A DNA stretch of 64,000 nucleotides from Podarcis liolepis (Eukaryota). Of the stretch, positions 39,801 to 52,700 are shown one piece after another (the first letter of the stretch is position 1; every line of letters starts with the position of its first letter). The position numbers and the translations under genes were made by a program. The notes beneath the pieces were generated by a model, which did not search any database, was not told where the DNA came from, and worked only from the letters and a program-made list of their open reading frames with translations. The stretch lies in the NCBI GenBank assembly GCA_965112155.1, contig OZ218101.1; one strand, 5' to 3'.

Positions 39801-42800
39801 TACCTATCATAACACACCATGGCTGAGCAGATGAGAAACAAAAGCAGAAAGCCGTGCTAAACCATGGTTTGCCTGCTGTACACCTGAAAGCTCAAACTAC
39901 TGAATGGATTCTTAACTTAGGGTTAGCACAAACCACAGTTTCGCATTATGTTTGAACCCTGCCCAAGACATATGCACAAGCTTGCTGATCTCACCTTGTA
40001 TATTTGAAGCAACACATCTGTCCACGCTCGCTTGCTCATGGCTTCAAATAGACAATCATCCAAAACATAAACGTAACTGTCATTAGGATCAAACGACTCA
40101 GCCTTCGGATAAATATGAGAAACTTGTGATTTATACTTTGATTTCATTCTAAATTGGACAACAGCAAACACTAAACATTAGCTGTTGCTTTCTAATATAA
40201 TCACCCTGTATAACAAGTAGAAATGCAGAAAATGCTGTGTTATTATACATGAGGATATGCATAGTAGTGCTACAATTTAATTCACATCTACATGGGCTTC
40301 ACTTCTAAATAAATATGCAAAAGTTTGTCTGTTAATAGGCTGCCATCTAGTAAGAAGCAAATCCCAACCTTCACCCCGATGAGCAACTTGGTGCAAAACT
40401 GAACATTCCCTCCATTACATAACGTTATTATAAGGTAGAGAGAATAAATGTACAGTGTAAGTCACAAGCAAACTTTAAAAAATAGTAGCAAGTATAGCAC
40501 ATTTGGAATTAAACACAGCATTATATGTGGCTATGCCAGTGGGGGGAAACTTATTAATCTTTATGCTTAAAATTAAGCCCAAGATCAAGATCGAAGTGCA
40601 TTGATACATTTACATTATATAAAATTACCTTCACCAGAAGCTGTAAACAGGCCCATTTCTTATAATCTTCAAAGTCAAGGAGAAACTGAGGCAAAATGTG
40701 AGGAAGGCTGGCTCCTTGACCTCTAACATCAATATAGAAACAAAAATAAAGGATAAATAATAAATAAGCAAAGGTCCGTATAGTTAAAGCCATGGTTTTC
40801 CCAGTAGTAATGTATGGAAGTCAGAGCTGGACCATAAAGAAGGCTGATCGCCGAAGAATTGATGCTTTTGAATTATGGTGCTGGAGGAGACTCTTGAGAG
40901 TCCCATGGACTGCAAGAAGATCAAACCTGTCCATTCTGAAGGAAATTAGCCCTGGGTGCTCACTGGAAGGACAGATCGTGAAGCTGAGGCTCCAATACTT
41001 TGGCCACCTCCTGAGAAGAGAAGACTCCCTGGAAAAGACCCTGATGTTGGGAAAGATGGAGGGCACAAGGAGAAGGGGACAACAGAGGACGAGATGGTTG
41101 GACAGTGTTCTTGAAGCGACAAACATGAGTCTGACCAAGCTGCGGGAGGCAGTGGAAGACAGGGGTGCCTGGCGTGCTCTGGTCCATGGGGTCACGAAGA
41201 GTCGGACACGACTAAACGACTAAACAACAGCAATAAATAAAGTCTTGGAAATTGAAGTTCCTTTCTCACACTCTTCACTGATGCTCTGTGTTCATGCCCC
41301 CTTTTCTGTGCCAGTACATTTGAAATATATAGCTATGAAATTCTGCACAAAGTAGGCAGGCAAGAAATCTGTCCTAAAAATCAGGTGCACTCCTCACCAC
41401 AATAACCTTATGACAAATATAGAAAATTGCAGTATTAATTTCAGTATATTTCACAAGATGTTTATAATGAAAAAGTATTCTCAGTCTGTATGCCTAGATT
41501 TCTTTGTTTAATAAGGCAGACACATTTTTCTCCTTTTAAAGGAATTGCATAAGTGTCCTATTCCTTTGTCTTACCCAGTCAGCAATCACAGTCAGAATTA
41601 AACATCCTTATCAGCATTTCCAGCCACAGTCATTTTGCAATCAAGTTCATAGTTACTGGAATTTGTATTTGAGTGAAACACGGGGTAATAAGTCAATTTT
41701 ATTAACTATATTGGGCAATTTCTATATGAAAAGAACTTTAATGTGGCCACAGTGGCCTATTTTTGATGCTAGACATTCATATAAATCTTAGCACACTGCC
41801 TTCACTGCAGAAACTTCCACATTTGGTTTCGCTGGACCTGAACAGCTCTTGAACATATGATGCAATTCACAGGCTGTGAAGACCTGAATTTATTTTGAGT
41901 TGTCAAGTCCTCTGGTACCACTTTTTTACCTATGTATGTTGAGCTACATCAGTGCCTTTCACCATTTGACCTGCTTTTGCCAGGTCGAATGAGGTCTCCC
42001 TTGTGGAAAGACTGGTATGAAGAAAGTGTTGAGCAGTTTAGCCATATTTTATAACAACAACATTGCAGCCAGCCAACCTATAGGAGGAGTGCATTCCACA
42101 ACTAGAGTACTATTACTGAGATGGCCTTTTGATTGGTCCTAGACCTCTTGCAGCTGGAAGTACAAGGAGGTCCTCCCCAGTAGATCTTAGGTCACATAGG
42201 GGAAGAGTGGAATGGGGAGAAGTGCTCACTCAGATAATAGTGTCTCAATCCATTTAAGGAAAGACTCAGTCCTCAGATAACCAGGTTCCTAGCTGCTTAG
42301 GGCTTATACATCAAAACCTTGAATTGTGCTCGCTAGTTAACTGCCAGCCAGCACAGATCTTTGAGGGCTGCTGTTCAATTGTCCCTGAGGACCAGACCTA
42401 GCAGAACTCTGGCAGCTACATTTTGCACTAGCTGCAGCTTCTGAACACTTTTCAAAGGCAGCCTCACAGAGAGCACCTTGTAATAATCTAAAAAAGAACA
42501 GCTGTAGCTGGAAATAGGCACTTGGTGCTACACAAGCCACCAGGGCTTCCAGCAGCTGTGAACCTGATCTTTCAGGGGGAAAGCAGCCCCATCCAAAACA
42601 GGCTGCCTACCTAATTCCCAGACGCAGGAACCACAAATCCACAGAACCTCAATCTTGTTAGGATTCAGCTTCAGTTTATTGGCCCCCATCCAGCACACTA
42701 CTCCCTCCATATGCTGGTCAAGCATGGCTTAGGAATACTTTTCAACTAGACAAAACATAATGGCAAAATATCTTTAAAACACTCACCTGAGAAAAGTGAT

Positions 42801-45800
42801 CATTGTAGAATGCTGCCAGTGAAGTTGCACCACTCTCTGTATGGGGTCACATGGCAACGACTGGCTTGAAGTAATTCCAGGCAGCAACTGCCCACTCAAA
42901 TGGAGCAGCAGGTCATAAATAGTCTTTATATCTTTACCAAGGTTTTGTCTAAGCTTTTCATCAGATGGAGCCATTTGAATTTTACAGACATCACTGAGCA
43001 AAGAAATAAAAACAACTCTATTTCATTATTAAAAGCAAGCTAATATTAAAACACATTAATGTGATAACTCTCTGGTTAGAGATTTAATTATGAAATATGT
43101 ACTCCACTATAGTGATTCTGGTGCTCATCTAAAGACACCAGTGTACATATAGAGCTCTGGGCCCTAATCTATACACAAACACTATATAAGATGCATCTGT
43201 GTTGGACTGTTGGATTGTATTTCTGTCTTCTCTGATAAATTAAGGTATAAAAATAAAAATTCTGTAAGATGCCTTTTACAACCATATCATAATCAATTAG
43301 TTTATCTATGTGCTGTTAGATCATTAAAACCCTTCTGACAGGTAACTAGTAATAAATCTTTCAACAAGGAAGCCCTGCTTTACAAGAATTCTATTGCCTT
43401 CCATTGCTATTTTTATTCTAGACTTCTTTGATCAGCATTATTATTATGCATCCCTCCTAAATTTATTTGTAAAAATATATATATTCAAAAGAACATCTTG
43501 AGCATCCCTACTAGCAGTCCCTGTTCAAGCAGGAAGGTAGAGCAGAGATGGAATGGCACAGGTGAAATCTATGCCAAATCATACCATACCACTGGCATTC
43601 AGTTTTTGACACACATTTTCTTTCAGCCACCAGGCCCTATGACTTCCCAAGATCTTAAAAAGAGAACTGCCAGCCAAATTTTAAAAAATTAAGGAAGAAT
43701 GCAAATTAATGTTTGTATAGATAAAACACATATGGTATATATGGTGCGTGAATATTTTCTGTTCCTCCTCAGAATATAAGTAGTGACAGAATACCCAATG
43801 GAGCTAGACACAACCTGTGCACATGTATGTGTACAAAATGTCCCAAATTTAACATTTACGGTTATTTAACCAAGTTACTTTTTGTTTAGAAAATGCATCT
43901 GTTGGGCTGTAGTGAACCTCCACAAGTGAAGAAAATTAATATACAACTTTAAGCCTTTCTAGCTAATGGAAGACAAAGGCAAATAAGTAAAAATATAATA
44001 ATATCTGCCTCACTATATGAGTATTTTAAAAAAACAAAAACAAAAAACATCAAGGTATAAAGCTATCAAGCTTTGGTAGTGTTTTTAGGACCCTGGGAAT
44101 AAGGTGACTCAAGGGAAGCATTTCAGTCAATGGGTGGTATTGAACTAAGTTTTAATCAGAGTAGACCCACTGAAATTAATGAACACAATTAAGTTAGCTG
44201 CAATACTGTCAGTGGATCTACTCTGAGTAACACTTAGTTCAATACCACCTGCTATAACTAGAGGAGAGCAAACATATTATATATACTCATTTTTTATTAT
44301 TTTAAAGAGATATGGTGATCAGAAAGTTAGCCTGTAACCAAATCAAGGAACACATAGAGCTGTGTCCCCTTTCAGCTGTTCATGCCTCATTACACAGGTC
44401 TTCATTATTTTGCTTAAACTAGAGGTGTATATTTGTAGCTTTTCCTCTTCCAGTCTTCAACCTCCTACCAAGATCTCAGTAAAATTCCACTGCAGGTATT
44501 TTAGTAAAACAGTTCTTTTAATCAAACGAAAAAGACATTCACTGTTTAAAAGGTAGGAAGTGTGAGAAAATAATGAGCTAGTACCGTCTTAAAGAATGTG
44601 GAATGGAAATGGGATTTGGCCCTTTAGACCAACCAAAGAGAGTAAACCAATTCTGAACTGCTGAAATGACTTTCTCATAAAAAGCATACTCCTCTGTTCC
44701 TTCATCAGGAAAAATCAATAATTCAAATTTGCTTCTAGGACGTCTAGTTGGATAGGAAGATTCGCTCTTCAGCCTTTCAAGCATCTTTTCCAATTCTGCA
44801 GAAAAATATATGAATTTAGTTGTAATTATACCACTTCCTAGAACACAAAGTAGTAGTAGAACACTTACTTTCTTATACGTTTGATTTCTGCTGGAGCGAT
44901 GCATGGAGCGATGCTGCAGGTTCAATCCCTGTATGGGACAGTTGCATATTCCTGCATTGCAGGGGATTGAATTATATGATCCTCGGGGTCCTTTCCAACT
45001 CTGCAATTCTATGCTTTTCAAGCAAGTGCCAATAGCAGAACTGAATCCCTCCCTCAAAGAACTGTGATTGGCCAACCCTGCTAAAATCATTCCCTCTGAA
45101 AAGAAGCCAGATTGTCGATTTCAAAACTACTGCTGGATTAGACTAATGGTCCATCTAGTCCAGTATTTATTTATTGTTTAATGTATTTATATTTGGTCCA
45201 CACAAGACAGCTAATAAACTAGCTGATATTCTTTTTCTCAGCAGCAGCATCTGTTGAAACTTTCTAATATTGATTCCCAAGAATGTGTTATTTGTTTTGA
45301 TACCCTGTCCAGGAACATACATAAAATCCTGATTAGCATAGTTAAGTCAGTTTTGTTTGTTGTATTAGTAGGGCCATAGCCACTGCATAGCACATCTCCT
45401 AAACAAGGATACCTCTTAAACCTACAGGTGTCTGGAAACCTATAGGACTATAGCCATGCTGCAGGATTTGGAATCTAACGCAGAAGCTAGTAACTTCAGA
45501 CAAACCCTGGAAATCTAAATTGTCATTAACAAACATCTCTAGCCCTCATGGTTGTAAAGAAATCCTGTATATTATACCTGCAAGAGAATCTTCAGAGTTG
45601 GTGATTCTCTCAAAAGTACCAGAAGATATTTGCGAACATGATCCTGGAACATAGCATGGATGCTGCAAAGTTTCTCCGGTGCTGTAAATTATCTCATTAC
45701 CATCTACAAATTTGATTAAAATGTAACATTACACATTTTACAATACTTTCTGCAATTAATAAGTACAAAAGCATTTGCTTTCCTCCCCCCTGCTAATTGC

Positions 45801-46747
45801 GTTCTACAGACTATAGATGGGCAGCCCATGGGCCATGTTTGGTCCTCATATCTGTTACTGAGTCCCCTAGCATTCATCTGACACATTTTCTCCCCCCTCA
45901 TTATATTCTGCATTATCTCTTGTCCCAAAGAACCCTCTAAATTACTAGTTAGGAGAGCAGAAGCATTGAACAGCAAGTGGAGGCAGAAAAGGAAGAAGTA
46001 ATCCTAGATCCGTACATCATTGGAGCTGGAGAAGCTAGGGTTGGCTGGTGAAGAAGCAACAAGGAGGAACAAAAGAAGGAAAGGGTCTCCTCGACAAGCT
46101 GGGGGAAGCAAAGAGTTTGTGGGTTGAAAGGAGTACCCAAGCTCAAAACTTATTCCTAACAGGTTTGGCTGTTGGGTGCGCAAGCTCCTTCGTCCTTTCA
46201 AGTTCTCATATTCCTTCTCCTCCAAATACTAGTTTGTGGTGACAGCTAAGCAGCAACAGGATAGGTAGGGCTGGTGTTGTCTAAGAGTGGAGCAGTGGGA
46301 ATGAAGAAGGAAGTGGTGGTCCAGGAATCTGAGAGGAGAGCCCTTTCCAACGCTAGAGGTCGCTCATATTGCTGCTTCTCTGGATGCAAAATTTATCCAA
46401 ATTGTAAAAAGTGAAGAGGTGACTTGCAAAGCAGTCAGCTCCCTTCACCCCACATCAATTTCTCAGCAACATCAGGAAAGTCCTGACTGGAGGCACGGAA
46501 GGAATGGTGTAGAGGGGAGAAAGCACATATAAACAGCTGGCTGGGGTATGTGTGTGGATGGATGGATGGAAAGGAAGGGGATGAGAGAGAGGGGGGAGGG
46601 GGAGGGAGGGAGGGAGGGAGGGAGGGAGGGAGGGAGAGAGATATTCTGGAGAGTTACCTCACTTTGTATGTGGAGAACCAGCTTCCATTTACCACTACTG
46701 ATTTGCATCTTCTGCAAATTTATTCATTCTTGATTTACTCATTGATC

Positions 46748-46788
<41 letters not shown>

Positions 46789-49700
46789 CTGCTTATTATC
46801 TGTTTTTCTTCATTTGAATAACACTGGGCATTTTAAGTTTTCATTGCTACTCTTTCCCACCCACGGAAGGTATCAGCTTGTATAGGACATGCAATTGAAA
46901 TGCTGTTTGGTAGCCAAAGAAAATTAGAAGCCCTTTTAAAGAATAATCTCACTACAATGTGTTAAGCATTTGAGCTATCCTTTAAAGTTTCCAAGCAGAT
47001 AAAACCTTCTCTGCTCACCACTTCTCAGGGTAATTTGTTGGTTGGTAAGGTGGCATGCCAGGTAGGGATACACAGTAAGGAGGCAATTCTCTGCTGTTGC
47101 AGACACCTGAAGCGGAAATCTAGAAATACAACAGGAGATATTTTCAATTAACACTTTCAGTTTCTTCGGTACCAGGGCCCCAAACTGAAGACTGCACACA
47201 TTGTAATGCAAGCATGAGAAACCTGTGACCCTTCAGTAGCTGTTGGACTACAGCTCCCATCATCCCTGACCAGGGGGCACCCCGGCTGGGGGTGATGGGT
47301 GGGGGAGTCCAACAATATATTGATGGCCTTTTTCAATGCATACATTCATATGCCTGCACATAAACACGTTCATTCATTTTAGTAGAAGGGGAAGCAATAA
47401 GCACACCAGGCAACACACAAACACAGCAAAACAATTTTTGCCTAAAATGGGAAGCCTGTCATAATACCTCCAGAGGTAATGTATGTATGTAGCTTGAGGA
47501 AAGCTGAGCTATAGAACTCCTTGCCACAAGGAAAATCCTTGTACAAACTGTTAAGTCGTGGGTTGACATAGCAGCCGGCACAGCGATTTCTTCAAGTAGC
47601 TCTTTATTATGGTAAGCTGGAATAGAACTAACTGCGAACAGCTCAGCCGGCCTGTATTTATAGGCAGCCGGCTGTCAACATTGTAACCACAACAGCCCAG
47701 AGTTCCCGCCAAAAATAACTGCCGCGGACCTGAGTGAAAACTATCTACAGACCTGAGTGAAAACTATATACAGTATCCCCCTGTTGGCCCAGGGTGAAAC
47801 TACACTACATAACACCCCTCCCCACCGAGATAAGGCGTTAGTTACAATTGTAATGGTTTCCTTATATACAGCACTACGCGTAATGGTTCAATTAAGCACA
47901 AAAGCATATCGGTTACATTTCCCCTACTTAGACCAACAGTGATACCTGTCCAACAACATAGTCCTTTAAATAAGTTGGGCGCTTGGAAACTCTGCCAGAC
48001 CGCCGGGGACTGGTAGCCAAGTCCGGAGGGCCACACAGTTCTCGCTGAGGCTGTGGTGCGACCCTAGGTGGCGTTGGAACCAACTCCCCTGGATCCGCTG
48101 CTGTGGGTGGAGCCTCCGCAAGTGGAGTGGTCTGAGTCTGTTCTGAAACGGCTTGGTTCGGCTCCACGCTGGCAGTTTGCGAGGGAGGTGTAGGTGGGGC
48201 CTCGCCATCTGTACGTGTCTCTTCTGGAGCCGCAAGCGCAGTTGGGGGCACCTCGGTAGTGTCCAAGTCCCCAACCCTGCGCCTAAGCTGGTCTATGTGC
48301 CGTCGCCACAAGCGTCCATCTTCGAGTGCCACCTGGTACGAGCGAGGTCCAGTGACTCCCACTACTGTGGCTGGCACCCAAGGGATGTTCCCCACATAGT
48401 TCCGGGCAAAGACCTGGTTTCCTGGGACAAATGACCGTGGTGCGTTGGCACAGCCTGGGGGTTCAGCCATGGCAAAGTCTGGGTGTAGCCGGTCGAGCGG
48501 TGACCTGAGGCGGCGGCCCATAAGCAGTTCAGCAGGACTCCTCCCTGTGGCCGCATGAGGGGTGATGTGCTGCACGAACAAGTATTCGGCGACCCGCTCA
48601 TGCCAGTCTCCCCGGTCCAGGTGCGCCAGTGCCTCTTTTGTCGAGCGGACCATTCTTTCCGCTTGCCCGTTGCTGGATGGATGAAAAGGTGCCGTTAGGG
48701 CATGGCGGATGCCCAGTCCCAAAAGATACCGCTCAAATGTGCCTGACGTGAACTGCGGTCCGTTGTCAGAGACAAGGACATCAGGACACCCATGCGTTGC
48801 AAACAGGCCTCGCAGCACCCGGATGACAGCTTCGGTAGTGGTGGAGGGCATCAGGGCGACCTCCAGCCATTTGGAATAGGCGTCCACCACTACCATAAAG
48901 GTCCGGCCGTGAAAGGGGCCAGCCAGATCGATGTGCACCCTCGACCAGGGTGTCTTTGGCGTCTCCCAGGTGTGTCCCTTAGCTGCCGGTGGTGCAGGCC
49001 TCGACTCCTGGCACGCTTGACAGGCGGACACTCACCCAGGCAGTGATGGCATCGTCCATATTAGGCCACCAGACGTAACACCGAGCCAACGCCTTCATTT
49101 TGACAATTCCCGGGTGGCCAACGTGCAGAGCCTCCAGGACGCGCTGACGGAGTCCCTGGGGAATCACGACGCGGTCTCCCCACAGCAGGCAGCCGCGATG
49201 AGCTGAGAGTTCATGTTGTCTGGTTGCGAAGGGCTGGAACTCCGATGCAAAAGGCCCTTGTGGCCACCCCCTCCACACCCAGTTGAGCACCCGGCTGATG
49301 GTGCGATCCTGGGCAGATGCGGAGGCCACAGTGGCAGCCGATACAGGCGCTGCCGGAAGATCCTCAATCAGAAGGAGCGATGAAGCTGGAGCCGGGTCTT
49401 CCACAAATGCTGGAAGAGGGCAACGGCTGAGGGCGTCGGCATGGCCCATCGATTTCCCCGGGCGATGGATGAGCCGGTAGTGGTAGGCAGCCAGGAAAAC
49501 AGTCCATCGCAGCATGCGTGGTGAGAGGACCGGTGGAGTTGGACGATCACCGGCGAGGAGGCCCAGGAGTGGCTTGTGGTCAGTGATGAGGTCAAAAGTC
49601 CTGCCATAGAGGTATTCATGGAACCTCTTCACTCCAGCCACAAGTGCCAATGCCTCCTTGTCGAGCTGGCTGTAATTCCGTTCCGTCGGAGATAGTGTCC

Positions 49701-52700
49701 TGGAAAAGTAGGCGAGCGGTGCTTCTCTTCCATCTGGAAAACGGTGACTAAGGACAGCACCGATGCCAAAAGGTGAGGCGTCGCAGGCAAGGACCAGCGG
49801 CCTGGATTCACTGTACTGTACCAGCACACTGTCTGAAGAAAGGAGAGCCTTGACCGCGTTGAAGGCCGCCGTCTCCCGATGACCCCAGGCCCAAGGCGTC
49901 TTAGTGCTAAGGAGTCGGTGAAGAGGCTCAGCCACTGTGGCTTTGTGGGGCAGGAACATGTTATAAAAGTTCAGCAGCCCCAGGAATGCCTGCAACTCCG
50001 TTTTGTTCTTTGGGGTGGGGGCCTGCTGGATAGCGCGGATCTTGGCTGTGGTTGGATGAAGGCCGGAGGCATCGATAAGATAGCCCAGGAACTCTACCTG
50101 TGGAACGGCAATCTGGCACTTCTCCCTCTTTACCTTGAGCCCGGCCTCCTGGAACCTGGTCAGCACGGCACGGAGGCGCTCGAACAGCTGCTGGTGTGAG
50201 TCTGCAGACACCAAGACGTCATCAAAATATGGTACCACGCCCGGAAGCCCTTGCAGGAGACGCTCCATAAGGCTTTGGAAGATGCCAGGAGCCACACTCA
50301 CCCCGAACTGCAACCGGCGGCAACGGAATGCCCCCCGGTGGGTGACGATCGTCTGGGCTTCAGCAGTGGCATCATCGACTGGCAGTTGTTGATAGGCTTG
50401 GGCAAGGTCCAGCTTAGCGAAGACCTTACCCTCACCCAGGGAATGCAGCAGGTGTTGGACAACAGGAACCGGATAAGCGTGCTGCTGAAGTGCCTTGTTG
50501 ATCGTGCACTTGTAGTCAGCGCAGATTCTCACCGACCCATCTGGCTTGACAGGCGTGACGATGGGGGTTTCCCACTTTGCGTGGTCAACCGGCTCCAAAA
50601 CCCCTTGGGCGATCAGCTTGTCCAGTTGTTCATCCACCTTAGCCTTGAGAGCAAAGGGAACCCGGCGTGGCTTTAGCTTGATGGGGGCGACTTGTGGATC
50701 AAGGCTAAAGGAAATGGGCGTACCTGTATATTGGCCCAAGGTGCCGTCAAAAACCTCGGCAAAGTCTTTGACCAGACCCTCAGTCTCTGCGTTAGAGATG
50801 CAGTTGATGCCGGTGACTTCCAGGCCGAGGGCATCAAACCAGTCTAGCCCTAGGAGGCTTGGCCGCTGACCTTCGACCACCACCAACCGGAGCAGGCCCG
50901 AAAAATCCTTGAAGGCGATCCGGAACCGGCCAACGCCTACCACGGGAATGTCGTTTCCCTGGTAGTCTCTCAGGTGTACGCGGTGAGAGTCGAGTTGCCT
51001 TTTGGACACTCTGGGTACCAGTCTTTTGATGGTGCTCCATGACACGATGGACAGGGCAGACCCGGTGTCGATCTCCATGTCACATGGAGCTCCTTCAATG
51101 AGCACCGTGACGTTCAGCTTGCGTCGCGTAGGCGAGTCGGTTTGGCCAATCGTGGTTCCAGACGGGCAGCGGCAGTTGGTGAGAGCGAAACAACTTTCCT
51201 TGGCAGACTGGAGTGAAGACTTGGACTTGCGAGTCGATGAAGGGGGGGTGTCAGACGGAGCCGATCGGCAGACCTTAGCGATGTGGCCCCTTCTGGAACA
51301 CTTCCTACAGATGGCGTCTCTGAATCGACACTTGGCACGGGAATGGTTGCCTCCGCAGCCAGCACATTCCGGTTGGCCCTTGGACTTCTGTTGGAACTTC
51401 CTACGCTCCCGCTTTGTCTGGTGCACATCATCGTCTTCACTGGAGGATGCCTCCTCACTGCTGGCCTCTTCATGATGCACCGGAACTGGCTCCCTAGCAA
51501 GACGCGGGCTGCTGGACTTGCGGATCTCCTGGGCGGAGCGTTCAGCAGCTTCTGAGGCCACAGCCTCCTCAATGGCTTTCTGTAGCGTGAGGTCTGGCTT
51601 GGCTAGGAGGCGCCGTTGCAGATGGATGTCCCGGACCCCGCAGACGATTCGATCCATCAGGGCATCGTCTAAGTCTCGGAACTCACAGTGCATTGCAGCC
51701 TGTCGCAGGGCGGTGGTGTAGTTGTTGATTGACTCCCCCTCTGCCTGGTTCCGGTGGTAGAACGCATGGCGGGCAGCAATCTTGGACGGCTTTGGTGCGT
51801 AGTGGTTGCGGAGCTTCTCTTGGATCGTGTCCCATGGTGTTGCCTGGACTGCTTCAGGCGCAACCAACGCTCGGGCCGTCTCAAACACCTCAGGCCCACA
51901 GAGGCTGAGGAATAGGCCCCGCTTCCGATCCTTTGATACTGCTGTCAGCTCGTTGGCTTGGAGGTAGCAGTCGAACCGAGCAAGGTAGGAGTCCCATGAT
52001 TCAGAGGCTGGCGCAAACGGCGGTAGAGGCACAAGTGAAGCCATGATTCCGATGCCGGCGTGAAGGGCGATGGATGGAACACAGTGCTCTAGCCAGAACA
52101 GTCAGCTCTGAATTGGTGCTGCCCAGTGATTTCGCTCAGTGATTTCGCTCTGTGATTCAGCTCAGTGATTCAGCTCAGTTCAGAGGCTGGCCGCATCTGG
52201 CTGTGCTCTGATGTCCATCCATCCCATCCTCGTCGCCAGTGTTAAGTCGTGGGTTGACATAGCAGCCGGCACAGCGATTTCTTCAAGTAGCTCTTTATTA
52301 TGGTAAGCTGGAATAGAACTAACTGCGAACAGCTCAGCCGGCCTGTATTTATAGGCAGCCGGCTGTCAACATTGTAACCACAACAGCCCAGAGTTCCCGC
52401 CAAAAATAACTGCCGCGGACCTGAGTGAAAACTATCTACAGACCTGAGTGAAAACTATATACAGTATCCCCCTGTTGGCCCAGGGTGAAACTACACTACA
52501 TAACACAAACCATTTAGAAATTTTGTAAAACGGATTAGATATTAGTAAAAAAATGCTGTAATTGCTAGCTGATTATGCCAAGCTCTGCCTCAATCTTGTG
52601 ACTAGTGGCTTTCAGTAATTTTCAGCCGTGAGGATAGAAAGCACGTTGAATGTGCTTAAAGACAGACAACTCCCCAAACAACAGCATCACCTGCTTGTTA

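Larger units (their letters stand above)
47549..52505 (-). mobile_element. Full-length Gypsy/Ty3 (Mag-like) LTR retrotransposon, 4,957 bp
   Basis: TG...CA LTRs at 47549-47814 and 52240-52505 (identical by eye), 5-bp TSD caaac, PBS, PPT and gag-pol ORF. Confidence 0.97.

Noticed and set aside
40103-40172. Upstream AG acceptors for exon 10 (40149, 40171)
   Set aside because: Out of phase with exon 9 and lead to stops; a phase-0 acceptor at 40103 fits.
45949-46430. Purine-rich block with short ORFs on both strands
   Set aside because: No recognisable protein motif, termini or splice structure; probably an old repeat.
46658-46711. 54-nt segment with AG/GT boundaries (KMQISSGKWKLVLHIQSE)
   Set aside because: In the phase-1 frame required by exon 5 it contains TAG; it could only be a poison exon and I have no evidence for that.
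48153-51721. Plus-strand ORFs inside the Gypsy element
   Set aside because: Antisense shadows of the GC-rich gag-pol frame.
52124-52178. Short repeat array, CRISPR-like at first glance
   Set aside because: Head-to-tail 13-bp units with no spacers, inside a vertebrate retrotransposon leader.
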